From assembly GCA_964236955.1 (NCBI GenBank), contig CAXSGP010000030.1:1-47576 (forward strand): DNA of 47,576 nucleotides, written 5' to 3'. This document shows, piece after piece, positions 19,289 to 28,357 of this stretch. Position 1 is the first letter of the stretch. Every line of letters starts with the position of its first letter. Made by a program: the position numbers and the translations under genes. Source of the stretch: an uncultured Oligoflexus sp. GTDB taxonomy: Bacteria > Bdellovibrionota_B > Oligoflexia > Oligoflexales > Oligoflexaceae. A model generated the notes under the pieces. It had not been told where the DNA came from. It did no database searches and saw nothing but the letters and a program-made list of their open reading frames with translations.

Positions 19289-20113
19289 ATGAAAAAATTA
19301 ATCCTGTTTAGTCTCTTTGCAAGCGCATCTGCTTTCGCTCAAGACAACCCAGCCCGCGTTTCCCTTCAAGGTTCTGATACCCTTGCCGGATTTATTTCCG
19401 ATGTCATTATAAGCAGCGGTCTCGAAGACCAAATCGTCTATCAGGGCGGCGGCTCTGGAAAAGGCGAGGCGGCCATTATCGCTGGATTGCAGGGCATTGC
19501 CCCGATGTCCCGCGAAATGAAGCCCGAAGCTTTGGCCACTGCTGAAAAAGCCGGGATCATTATCACTCAGCATCCGATCGGTCTCGACGGTATCGGCATT
19601 TTCGTCAACTCTGCCAATACTCAAAAGAGCGTCAGCATGGGCGATTTGGTCAAAATCTTTAGCTGTACCGTTACGAACTGGAAGGATCTGGGCGGTATCG
19701 ATTCGCCTATTAAGGTCTATCGCCGCGATGATTTCTCGGGCACTACGGATACCTTCAAATCATTGACTGGTCTTAAAAGCTTCGGTGCATGTGTCACCAT
19801 CTTGAAAGAAACTTCAGACATCGCCGTCACGACTTCAACAGAAGCAAGCGCGATCGCCTACTCAGGCCTATCGGCTGGCCGTCCCGAAAACCGCGCCTTG
19901 CCCCTGTCGCTAACCGTGGACAGCAAAGCCTATCTGCCAACCCCTTCCAACATTCGTAGCTTCAAATACCCGCTGGCACGTCGCCTCTTTGTCTACGAAG
20001 CAGCTGGGACCTACACGCAAAAACCAGCTGAAAAACAGCTTCTAAGCAATATTCTCGATCGCTCCTTCGCGGATCCTATCCTGATCGACAACGAATTCTT
20101 TACGGTCGACTGA
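19289..20113 (+). CDS. pstS: PstS-family phosphate-binding periplasmic protein (orphan)
   Basis: Signal peptide; GSDTL, QGGGSGKG, MSREMK, IGLDGIGIFVN, NWKDLGG, YRRDDFSGT, YPLARRLFVY. Confidence 0.85.
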   Translation: MKKLILFSLFASASAFAQDNPARVSLQGSDTLAGFISDVIISSGLEDQIVYQGGGSGKGEAAIIAGLQGIAPMSREMKPEALATAEKAGIIITQHPIGLDGIGIFVNSANTQKSVSMGDLVKIFSCTVTNWKDLGGIDSPIKVYRRDDFSGTTDTFKSLTGLKSFGACVTILKETSDIAVTTSTEASAIAYSGLSAGRPENRALPLSLTVDSKAYLPTPSNIRSFKYPLARRLFVYEAAGTYTQKPAEKQLLSNILDRSFADPILIDNEFFTVD

Positions 20114-20138
20114 ATCGACAGTTTTTAACGCAGGAATT

Positions 20139-20171
20139 AAGCTTCGATTCTTTGGAATCGGGGCTTTTTTT
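20139..20171 (+). terminator. Intrinsic terminator
   Basis: AAGCTTCGATTC-tttg-GAATCGGGGCTT followed by a T-run. Confidence 0.75.
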
Positions 20172-20425
20172 GGTGATTGGTGTGCCGGGCGATGACCCTG
20201 ATGTTCAGTTTCTTACGGGCCTATACGAGCTGTCAGAATTTAGGATATCAAGGGGGAAGATTAAATCATGAAGAAACGTATTTTTCAAAGATCCCTCCTA
20301 GCACCTTGCGGAAAAATCTTAATAAATCTACTTTAATTCAGCAATTTCAATAGCATACAACATTGTTTTGAAGATCAGAAAAATCGCGCCGAGAAAATAT
20401 TATCAACTCCTTCGGTGAGGCCTTA

Positions 20426-21604
20426 ATGAAACAACACATTCTCGTTTCCTTTGTTACGTTGGCATCTGCACTTGCCTGCTCGGAAGCAGAGACTTCTATG
20501 CATGGGGTTCCAAACGTTAAGGTTCTGCATAAAGCCGATGACACTGTTGCAGACTCCAAATCCAGTTCTTCGCCAGGCCCTTACGCATCCGTTCCTGCAT
20601 CGTCAGGCCCTGACGCTGCAACTTTTGGCTCCGACTCTCCTGAGCCAGAATTAAGCGCTGTTCTTGATCCCAGCAATGAGATCATCCTGGAAGCCGCTTT
20701 GCCATCGGCCTCCTTGAGCCCTAATTCCGCATCGACTCCGAATGCAGCGCCTGCGGCCGAACCCGATCTTTCGCTCACGCCGGCTGCAGAGCCTGGACTA
20801 CCGGCCGCACCAGCGCTAGCCGCTCCTGTCCTTGCGGCCATAACACTCGAGGTCAAAGTGTCGAGCCCTGAGGTTCGTGAAGGTGGCAAGGATATCCAAG
20901 CTCAGGCGCTCCTCTCACGCGCTCCCGAATCAGAAGTTTTATGGACCCTTGAAGGACCGGCCGGATTGGATTTGGGGACGATTGATACCCAAGGTAAATA
21001 TACCAGTCCTGCGTCAATCACCGGGCCGCTCACGGTTCAGATTGTGGGAACCCTGGCCAATGATTCCAAAGTGACGGGCAAGACGACGATCAGCGTTATT
21101 CCCGTTGAGCAACTCTTTGTGGGCTGTAGAAAGGGTAACCTGGAATTTCCAATCAGTGCCGATGTATTTCAGCTTCCCGTGAACACGGCTAAGCTGCCGA
21201 GCTTTTCAGCCTTAACCAAGAGCGATCGAGTCTGTCTCGATAAGTTTGATATTCCGAATCAGTCGTGGGAGCTTGGTTTTCCTGGTGCCGCCAGCCTTCA
21301 GGAATGGTTTGCCCTTCATTCCACTTCCATGCTGGTCATCAGCCAGCCCGGAAGTTATTCCTTCAAAATCATTTCCGACGATGGCGCGAACGTTTATATC
21401 AACGGCACAAAGTTGATCGATAACGACGGGAATCACAGTGCCAAGGCAGCGACAGGCACGATCGACCTTGCCGCGGGAAAACAAAGTCTGGTTCTCGATT
21501 GGTATCAAGGCCCGAGAACCTATATTGCCCTTCAGCTCTTCTGGAAGACCCCTGGATCTAGCGATTACGTCATCGTCCCGTCATCGGCTTTTGCCGCTCA
21601 ATAA
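20426..21604 (+). CDS. Lipoprotein with Pro/Ala/Ser linker, Ig-like domain and C-terminal PA14 domain
   Basis: Lipobox ALAC; low-complexity linker; GTIDTQGKYTSP Ig-like segment; PA14 motifs GSYSFKIISDDGANVYING..IDNDGNH, WYQGP, LQLFW..P. Confidence 0.85.
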   Translation: MKQHILVSFVTLASALACSEAETSMHGVPNVKVLHKADDTVADSKSSSSPGPYASVPASSGPDAATFGSDSPEPELSAVLDPSNEIILEAALPSASLSPNSASTPNAAPAAEPDLSLTPAAEPGLPAAPALAAPVLAAITLEVKVSSPEVREGGKDIQAQALLSRAPESEVLWTLEGPAGLDLGTIDTQGKYTSPASITGPLTVQIVGTLANDSKVTGKTTISVIPVEQLFVGCRKGNLEFPISADVFQLPVNTAKLPSFSALTKSDRVCLDKFDIPNQSWELGFPGAASLQEWFALHSTSMLVISQPGSYSFKIISDDGANVYINGTKLIDNDGNHSAKAATGTIDLAAGKQSLVLDWYQGPRTYIALQLFWKTPGSSDYVIVPSSAFAAQ

Positions 21605-21630
21605 GGTGCAGAATCATCGAGCTTCTAGGG

Positions 21631-21655
21631 AGGGCCGGTAGAGGCCCTTTTTTTT
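21631..21655 (+). terminator. Intrinsic terminator between convergent genes
   Basis: AGGGCC-ggtaga-GGCCCT followed by a T-run. Confidence 0.65.
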
Positions 21656-22904
21656 ATGCCTGGACCTTGGTTCCCAAAGCACGCTTTTGCAAATACCTGT
21701 GAATCACGGTCATCATGACGACTGTAACAAGGGTAGATCCGACAATGACATTCCCCAGAACATCAAAATTGCCAAGCGACCCATCGGATCTTTGCACTAT
21801 AATGCCTCCAGCCAGTGCCGCGGCAATGCCACCTGAAATCTGCTGTACCGAGGAGCTTATCGACATGTATGATCCACGATCGGCGGGATCCGGCAAGGCC
21901 GACATCAAAGCCGAGGATGAAATCATTCGGGCTGAAATCCCGATAAACATCAACACGTTCACCGCCATAACCGTGACCAGACCAACCTGTGGCAAACGCG
22001 TGTAGATGAGGACTGAAATGATGGCGACGAGACAGCCGAAGAGAAAGATATTGTATTTGCCAAATTTATCGCTGAAGCGGCCAACCAGAGGACCCAAGAT
22101 GATGGAAGCCACTCCGGTGACGACATAGAGCAAGGGCAGATCATTGATATCGACACCAAGATTATGAACGTTGAAAGCACTGCCGAAGGGCATCAGCATA
22201 AAACCGCCGGTCGCCAACAGGGCCGTGGCTGCAAAGCCTTGAAGGTAGCGGCGCTGCGTGACCGTATGGAGAAGGTGCTGGAGGGGCTTGCGGGTCGAGG
22301 CGATTTTGAGATGCGCATCGATAGGCTTGAGGTAGATAAAGATGACAACACCCGCGGCGGAGCTGATCCCGACCAGCAGGAGAAAGGGTGCATGCCAGCC
22401 CCATTTATTTGCCAGGTAGATGCCGAGGGGAATCCCAAGAACCTGGCTGGCGGCAAACGCGGTCTGGAGGATGCCCATGACGCGTCCACGGGTTTCAAAG
22501 CTGAAAAGGTCGGTGGTGATGGCAAAGACGATGGAACCTATCATGCCGCCGAAAATACCGGTAAAGATTCGGGCGGCAAGTAGAAATTCGTAATTCGGAG
22601 CCAAACCGCAGAAAAGGGTGCCTATGACAAATCCAATGTAGAAGAAGAGTAGTAATTTTTTTCTGTCGAATTTATCGGCAAATCCCGCGGCAAGAAAGCC
22701 GGAGGCCCCGGCGCTGAAGGCATAGGCCGAGACCACCAGACCAAACTGCGAGGGAACGATATTGAGAGCCGGCATGAGAATAGCACCGAGCGGTGAAAGC
22801 AACATAAAATCGAGAATGATTGTAAACTGAAGGAAGGCGAGGATCGCCAGCACGAATTTCTGATAGCGGGTAAACGCAACTACATTCGGGTTAGCGGCAG
22901 TCAT
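21654..22904 (-). CDS. MFS transporter (drug/H+ antiporter-like)
   Basis: About 12 TM segments; motif A-like GFADKFDRKK and GRFSDKFGK; ATG at 22904 with AGGAGAGG RBS. Confidence 0.9.
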   Translation of the reverse strand: MTAANPNVVAFTRYQKFVLAILAFLQFTIILDFMLLSPLGAILMPALNIVPSQFGLVVSAYAFSAGASGFLAAGFADKFDRKKLLLFFYIGFVIGTLFCGLAPNYEFLLAARIFTGIFGGMIGSIVFAITTDLFSFETRGRVMGILQTAFAASQVLGIPLGIYLANKWGWHAPFLLLVGISSAAGVVIFIYLKPIDAHLKIASTRKPLQHLLHTVTQRRYLQGFAATALLATGGFMLMPFGSAFNVHNLGVDINDLPLLYVVTGVASIILGPLVGRFSDKFGKYNIFLFGCLVAIISVLIYTRLPQVGLVTVMAVNVLMFIGISARMISSSALMSALPDPADRGSYMSISSSVQQISGGIAAALAGGIIVQRSDGSLGNFDVLGNVIVGSTLVTVVMMTVIHRYLQKRALGTKVQA

Positions 22905-23086
22905 TCTAAGCCTCTCCTGATAGCAAGGGAAGGACGGGACCTTCCTCACGTCGATTCTAGGCTCTATTCTACACGGAGAACTTCCTTCTGACCATTGCCC
23001 GGAATTTTCTTCCTTTGAGTTTTTCAGGGATGCAACGGAATCAGGCCGCAAGCTTCGGCCTGTTGACTTTTTCAAGTATCATCCGC

Positions 23087-23791
23087 TTACAGTTGGGGCA
23101 AATCGAAGAGCATGAATTCTACGCTTTCCGTAGCGTGGATCGCCAAACTTTTCTCAGCTGTGATGGCCACACCATCGCCGGATTTCAGCTTCTCACCCTG
23201 AAGGGCGAGTGAGCCCTTTATGATCTGGAGCCAGATGCCGCGCTTCGGATCGGCGTCGAACCTGAGATCTTCTCCACCTTTCAGCTGGGAAAGATAAATA
23301 TCAGCATCCTGATTGATCATGATCGATCCATCCCGGCCCGACTTCGAAAGCACCAGCACCAGATTTTTTCTGGCTAAATCGTCGGTAAAAGATTTTTGTC
23401 CATATCCCGGCTTCAATTTCAATTGATCCGGCATCACCCAGATCTGAAGAAAATGGGTAGGCGAATCTTCGCTCTCATTCCGTTCCGAATGCGAAACTCC
23501 GGTGCCCGCGCTCATAAGTTGGATTTCACCTGGACGGATCACCGTTTTATTGCCCATGGAATCCTGATGACTAAGGACTCCTTCCATTACGTAGGAGATG
23601 ATCTCCATATCACGGTGGGGATGCTGAGCAAACCCGCCTCCGCCGACGATTCGATCTTCATTGATCACCCGAAGTGGACCAAAGTTCATATGTTTGGAAT
23701 CATAATAATCTGCAAATGAAAATGTGTGCCTCGACTTCAACCATCCATGATCAGCCAGCCCACGTTCTTCCGATCGTCTTACAGTCAGCAT
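23087..23791 (-). CDS. Pirin-family (YhhW-like) cupin
   Basis: HGWLKSRHTFSFADYYD, GPLRVINEDRI, HPHRDMEIISYV, HQDSMGN, MSAGTGVSHSE, FLQIWV. Confidence 0.95.
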   Translation of the reverse strand: MLTVRRSEERGLADHGWLKSRHTFSFADYYDSKHMNFGPLRVINEDRIVGGGGFAQHPHRDMEIISYVMEGVLSHQDSMGNKTVIRPGEIQLMSAGTGVSHSERNESEDSPTHFLQIWVMPDQLKLKPGYGQKSFTDDLARKNLVLVLSKSGRDGSIMINQDADIYLSQLKGGEDLRFDADPKRGIWLQIIKGSLALQGEKLKSGDGVAITAEKSLAIHATESVEFMLFDLPQL

Positions 23792-23859
23792 ACGCGCATC
23801 CTTTGTCTGTTGGTGGGTGAGACCATCAGCTTCGATTGGCCTCTCATGTTAGTGAATAT

Positions 23860-23930
23860 ATCGGCAGATTAGCATTGAAATAAATTATATAATTATTATA
23901 TTCTATATAAATATTGTTTATATAGTTTAG
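23860..23930. promoter_or_regulatory. AT-rich divergent promoter region between the pirin and LysR genes
   Basis: Very AT-rich tract between divergently transcribed genes; typical location of LysR T-N11-A sites. Confidence 0.45.
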
Positions 23931-23939
23931 GCCGCCACG

Positions 23940-24836
23940 ATGACCTTTGATCAGCTTGAAGTATTTGAAATGATTATAGAAAAAGGCAGTTTTAAAGCAG
24001 CGTCAGAGGCTCTTCATAGGACTCAACCCACGCTCAGCATTGCCATAAGGAAGCTTGAGGAGGAATATGCAATCCTGCTTTTCAGCCGCGAGGCCTACCG
24101 CCCGAAGCTCACCGAGGAGGGCAAGGTCTTTTACACCTGGGCTAAGCAGTGTCTGAGTTCCTATCGAAAACTAAAGACGATCGGCCAGGAGCTTGGCCTG
24201 CAAAAGATTGAGCCTCATCTCACCATAGTCCTCGATCCTTTGGTCCAATTCTCCCGCATGGAGGCTATTTTTGAAGAATGTTTGGTTGCGGGCCTACCCA
24301 CCGAGCTCACCCTCCGATCCGAAATCCTGGGCCACGGCATGGACCTCCTTCTAGATGAAAAAGCTGACTTCGCGATCGCTCCCATGCTCACCAAGCATAG
24401 GGACATAGAAAGTCACAGCTTCGATGCGATCGAACTGCTGCCCTGTATCGCCATGAGTCTTCGGAATGCTCAAGGTCCAATGGATATCGCCTGGCTCGAA
24501 AGCAAGACTCAGGTTATCGTTCGTTCCTTTGTCAAAGGAGATGGTCGGCGCGAGGCGATCGACATAGGCATTTTGGAAAAAGGCAAAAAATGTTTTGTCA
24601 CCGATCACACGATGAAAAGGAATTTGATTTTGCAGGGTTTTGGATGGGGTCGTCTGGCCCGACATGAAATTGAGTCGGAATCGAAGGCTAAACTGATCAT
24701 CCTGGCCGGCGAGGAACTCGAACCCGTCATGATCACGCTCTGTCTTATGCGCAATAAGCTTAAGCCCATGGGCCCTGTTGCAAAAGCCATTTGGACCCGA
24801 CTCAAAAAATCGACTTCTCACGATCTCAGGAGATAG
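23940..24836 (+). CDS. LysR-family transcriptional regulator
   Basis: N-terminal HTH GSFKAASEALHRTQPTLSIAIRKLEE...LFSR...LTEEG; GFGWGRL in the effector domain; divergent from pirin. Confidence 0.95.
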   Translation: MTFDQLEVFEMIIEKGSFKAASEALHRTQPTLSIAIRKLEEEYAILLFSREAYRPKLTEEGKVFYTWAKQCLSSYRKLKTIGQELGLQKIEPHLTIVLDPLVQFSRMEAIFEECLVAGLPTELTLRSEILGHGMDLLLDEKADFAIAPMLTKHRDIESHSFDAIELLPCIAMSLRNAQGPMDIAWLESKTQVIVRSFVKGDGRREAIDIGILEKGKKCFVTDHTMKRNLILQGFGWGRLARHEIESESKAKLIILAGEELEPVMITLCLMRNKLKPMGPVAKAIWTRLKKSTSHDLRR

Positions 24837-24881
24837 CCTATTCGCACAGCTTAAGATCTTAGCTTTATGAGTGCGAATAGG
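24837..24881. terminator. Long hairpin immediately after the LysR gene (terminator-like)
   Basis: CCTATTCGCAC (24837..24847) pairs with GTGCGAATAGG (24871..24881); no adjacent U-tract. Confidence 0.4.
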
Positions 24882-25177
24882 AGAGCCCGAACTTTTTTGA
24901 ATCGTCACGTTATCGACAAGGGCTGTATATTAAGCTCTTCTACTCGAAGCCAATTTTGCCCAAGCTGCTCGCTGATATACCTCAAATATACGGGTAAACA
25001 GTTAAGATTTGGTCGTGAGCCCGACGCGTTAATTGCCCACGTCGGGTTCCAGCCGGGTGCTCCCGGGTGATCAGTACCTCCACTCTCAGAAACCTCGAGA
25101 TTGACACTCTTTAATTACGTGGTAGGGCTCCATAAAGCCTGTCTTGATTCGATTACCATTTCCCGAAAACAGTAAAT

Positions 25178-25300
25178 ATTAATCACCGGTTGATGATTGC
25201 CGGAGCGCGCACTCATGCCTTTGATCCGGAATCGCTTGAGGGTGTTTATGAGATGTCGCGGGGGAATATGCGGGCCATCGACACTTTAGCTTTCTGCTGC
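25178..25300 (+). pseudogene. C-terminal fragment of an ExeA-like AAA ATPase (often transposon-associated)
   Basis: INHRLMIAGARTHAFDPESLEGVYEMSRGNMRAIDTLA matches the 'YI.HRL..AG....F......y..s.G.pR.in.l' lid motif; no Walker motifs upstream. Confidence 0.55.
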
Positions 25301-25461
25301 ATCAAGCGGGGACTGGGACTCTTGTATCGAATCCATACTGTGCCCCGAAACGGTGAGATTAAACTTGTTGAAAGATGATTCCGATTGCGATAGGAAAGAG
25401 CATCAACTTTCAATTGGCTACTTGGCAGAGTATGCTATTGCAACTTAGCTAAGTCACTGGT

Positions 25462-25899
25462 CTAGTTTTTGGGCTCCCTCTCAGGCCCCGGGGGCCTTTG
25501 CGAAAATCTACTTTGTAACGAGCGAGTCAAATTCCACGGATCGATGATTTTGCGATCATGCGCTGCCCCGAATCTTTGCAAGAGGGATAACGATAGCTTA
25601 TCTTCGTCAAGTTCAATCCAAACTTGCTCTCCTAGAAAAATCCGAACCTTCTCCATTGATTGAGGTGCAGATACATCAATACGTTTAAAATTGTTCACCG
25701 GAATGTTTTGTTGCCAAGACTGTAGGGAAGCCACCGAGATTCCCGTCGCTCGACTTAACTGGCCGAGTTGCACCCCACGCTTCATGAGTTCGGCCATTTT
25801 CTGCTTAAAAACGTCTGGATAGCGCCGACCACGGCCACGGGCCGGAGAGCCATGTTGTTCTTTTAATCGTTCAAGTTCTTTTAGGATTTCAATTTTCAC
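25462..25899 (-). mobile_element. IS66-family remnant: TnpA-like HTH ORF followed by a broken TnpB N-terminus; transposase TnpC absent
   Basis: From GTG 25899: RGRRYPDVFKQK...LSRATGISVASLQSW...FKRIDV. From ATG 25559: MIAKSSIRGI*LARYKVDFRKGPRGL, the IS66 TnpB 'vDfRKG..GL' motif with an in-frame TGA. Confidence 0.7.
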
Positions 25900-26070
25900 G
25901 GAAGGACTCCTCTGTCTTATTCTTGTTTTCAGAATAGACGAGGAGGAGTTCAGAAATCCGCAGCCAAAGATAGAGTGCATACCTTGATCTAACTGAGTTT
26001 GCACGGAAAAATGCGGCATCAATTTCTACTGGCGGTGGATTTGGTATCGGTTGATCGACAATTCAAAAGC

Positions 26071-26466
26071 TCAGACATCTGGGCTTATTATTTGAATATT
26101 CCAGTGTTCAAAATCGCTTACATTAAAAGTGACAATCGGCAATCCGAGAATTACGGCAGTGGCCCCAATAAGCAAATCTTCAGTATGAAAAGTCCGGCCC
26201 TTTTCCTCTTGAAGTGCGCGGGTCTGAGCGGCTAGTTGAGCGATTGCCGGAGTGACATCTACTAGATCGATACACGTTGTGCATAACTTTCTGAATGCGT
26301 CGAGTGACTGCATTGCATTTTTTCTAAGAAGCCCATATTCGATTTCATAGGCGACAATAACGCTGGTTTTCAACCCCGTCGATGAACCTAAAAACTTAGC
26401 TGTTACCGCTCGCCGGGTCATATCTTTCGAGACGATTCCTGACAAGACGCTGGTATCTAAGATCAT
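26071..26466 (-). CDS. VapC-family PIN-domain toxin
   Basis: MILDTSVL, SVIVAYEIEYG, EDLLIGATA, IVTFNVSDF: conserved acidic PIN residues. Confidence 0.9.
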   Translation of the reverse strand: MILDTSVLSGIVSKDMTRRAVTAKFLGSSTGLKTSVIVAYEIEYGLLRKNAMQSLDAFRKLCTTCIDLVDVTPAIAQLAAQTRALQEEKGRTFHTEDLLIGATAVILGLPIVTFNVSDFEHWNIQIISPDV

Positions 26467-26477
26467 CTAAGCCACCT

Positions 26478-26756
26478 TTAATCCATTGAAACTGTTTTGA
26501 TCGGGCCTTTTTTTATGAAATCTTCCTCTGTCACGCCTTCCGCCTCAGCCGCTCGTGTAAATTTCCCCAGCAAAGCCATCATTTCAGTCATTTTTGCGTT
26601 TTCTAAGCGCTTTAAGTCTTCACCGTTAATAAAAGCTCCCGCCAGCTCACCGGACACGTAAACCCGCTGCGGGCTATCCTTTGATTTTTTGACGACTTCC
26701 GAAAAGCGAGCTTTCGCTTCAGAAAGGTTCCAAGCATTGGTTTTTTCTGCCGACAT
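26478..26756 (-). CDS. Phd/YefM-family antitoxin
   Basis: WNLSEAKARFSEVVKKS..SPQRV; directly upstream of the PIN toxin; GGAGG RBS before ATG 26756. Confidence 0.85.
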   Translation of the reverse strand: MSAEKTNAWNLSEAKARFSEVVKKSKDSPQRVYVSGELAGAFINGEDLKRLENAKMTEMMALLGKFTRAAEAEGVTEEDFIKKGPIKTVSMD

Positions 26757-26786
26757 TGCATAACCCTCCATAATGGCCTTAACACC

Positions 26787-26828
26787 ACTATCGGCATGTT
26801 TGACTAAATAGTCAAATGATCATCTGAC
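26787..26828 (-). promoter_or_regulatory. Sigma70-like promoter of the TA operon overlapped by a palindromic operator
   Basis: Minus strand TTGACT-17 nt-GATAGT (26815..26787); inverted repeat TTTGACTA-aa-TAGTCAAA (26799..26816) and a second imperfect palindrome at 26811..26828. Confidence 0.6.
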
Positions 26829-26924
26829 TCTTTATTGTCTACTTAGTATAACATAGTAATTTGTAAATAATATTACATACTATAAGTCCTTAATCGAATG
26901 GTACCGTTTTAAGAAGGGGGATCT

Positions 26925-27218
26925 ATGAGGGGTGCGGATCGTCAGAAGGTTTTCGAGATTTGCGATGATTGGAACGAAAAGGGCCAAAAGCCGACACTAG
27001 ATCGGGTCCGGCACTTGCCTGGAGGCGGTTCTTTCACAACAATTCAGCCCCTCCTGAAAGAATGGAAAGAAAGCCGAGCCTCGGATCAGGCTTCTGAGAC
27101 GCTCAAGGCTCCCGACGATATCCGTGGACAGGTTGAAAGCCTCGCCGCTCAGATCTGGGCGAAAGCTTCGGCAAGAGCCAGGGAGGATGAACCCGCTACC
27201 CAGCTTGGGCGAGGTTGA
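26925..27218 (+). pseudogene. Truncated KfrA_N-domain DNA-binding protein (KfrA/TnpT-like)
   Basis: VFEICD...GQKPTLDRVR...GGGSFTTIQPLLKEWK...LAAQIWAKA...ARE; the long coiled-coil tail expected in this family is missing. Confidence 0.75.
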
Positions 27219-27435
27219 GCGGCGAGCGCTTTCGCCTTTGATCTATGCGCACGTCATTCTGCTAGCAGGCTGCCTTTTCCATGCAATGATCGGCTTGTGC
27301 ATGAATATCTGGCTGTTCTCCGCCTCGATGATAGTCTTCTATCTTGCTTTTCTCTCGGAAGACGAAGCGGACGCAGCTCTCAATCACATAAAATCCCAAC
27401 TCAGCGGCCTTGCCAAGAGTTTCGGTGTTGCATGA
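27187..27435 (+). pseudogene. Chimeric fragment: Tn3-family transposase C-terminal motif fused to an HTTM-domain C-terminus
   Basis: ERRALSPLIYAHV resembles the Tn3 TnpA tail 'd.raLtPLiy.HvNPYG'; then LLAGCLFHAMIGLCMNIWLFSASMIVFYLAFL resembles the HTTM 'g..fH..I...m....Fs..M...y..F' helix. Confidence 0.5.
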
Positions 27436-27451
27436 CGGGTGGTCTAAGAAT

Positions 27452-28357
27452 ATGGTGTGGAAAATTCTGTTTGAATTGATCTTCCTTATCCCGGCTTATG
27501 CTATAGGTCATCTCGCCTGGGCTATATTCCGGGCTAATACCAGAAATAAGCTTCTCTATCTGTTTTTTTCGTCGATATGCTCTTCCATGATATACGCGTT
27601 CTTCTTTGCGCAGTTCAAGTATCCTTATCTTGAGATTTATTACGGCCTTTCTGCGGTCTCTCTCATCAAAGCAGCCCGCGTCCGTGAGCCGGGCGAGATA
27701 TATCGATATAAGTATCTCTATTCGATACTCATTCTGATCTTCAGTTTTGCGCTGTTCATTGACGAGTATAAAGTGACTCCAGCCACTGGGTATAACGTTC
27801 CTCAATTAGTCGGTCTGGAAGATGGCGAAGGGTTGATCGTCGGCAAAGGCGGGCAAACTGTCTTTTTCAACCATCACGTCATAAGCAAACGGCAAAAGGA
27901 TGCTGTCGATATAGGAATGAAAATCGGATACCAGGAAATGCTCGGCCTGTTCACCGGCCATGTTGAATATTTCTCTATATTCGGCAAGCCCGTCCTAAGT
28001 CCTTGTTCCGGCGAGATAGTATCCGCGAATTTCAGCCTTCCGGACCAGCAGCCTGGCAAGACAATAGAGAGTACGCCCGAAGGAAACTCGGTGGAGATCA
28101 ACTGCACCTCGACGACCGGAAGATCTTATATTTTCCGATTTGCCCATCTCATGCAAGCCTCGGCGAAATTGGCTGTTCACGACCGATTAGCACAAGGACA
28201 GGCCATAGGTAGAATCGGCAATACCGGCAATACGTCATGGCCCCACCTTCATGTGGATATCATTGACAAAGAAACGGAAAAGCCCGTGCCTATCTTCATC
28301 CAAGGCCAGTATTTGCGAAATGGCGATGCTATACCATGGACGGGACGAGGGACATGA
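27452..28357 (+). CDS. Membrane-anchored M23-family metallopeptidase
   Basis: N-terminal TM helices; DAVDI, FGKPVLSPCSGEIV, GNSVEI, FAHLMQAS, GRIGNTGNTSWPHLH. Confidence 0.85.
   Translation: MVWKILFELIFLIPAYAIGHLAWAIFRANTRNKLLYLFFSSICSSMIYAFFFAQFKYPYLEIYYGLSAVSLIKAARVREPGEIYRYKYLYSILILIFSFALFIDEYKVTPATGYNVPQLVGLEDGEGLIVGKGGQTVFFNHHVISKRQKDAVDIGMKIGYQEMLGLFTGHVEYFSIFGKPVLSPCSGEIVSANFSLPDQQPGKTIESTPEGNSVEINCTSTTGRSYIFRFAHLMQASAKLAVHDRLAQGQAIGRIGNTGNTSWPHLHVDIIDKETEKPVPIFIQGQYLRNGDAIPWTGRGT

Noticed and set aside
20540..20840. Pro/Ala-rich stretch as a DNA repeat element
   Set aside because: It is a low-complexity protein linker (AAEP occurs twice) inside a normal CDS, not a nucleotide repeat array.
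22905..23075. 57-aa N-terminal extension of the MFS ORF
   Set aside because: A strong RBS precedes the ATG at 22904, and the extension is hydrophilic and unlike an MFS.
25011..25070. Possible ZMP/ZTP or c-di-GMP riboswitch
   Set aside because: It starts with GGTCGTGA but lacks the remaining conserved elements and has no suitable downstream gene.
26071..26756. TA pair as a novel defence system
   Set aside because: Phd/YefM with VapC is a well-known type II combination; only its context is notable.
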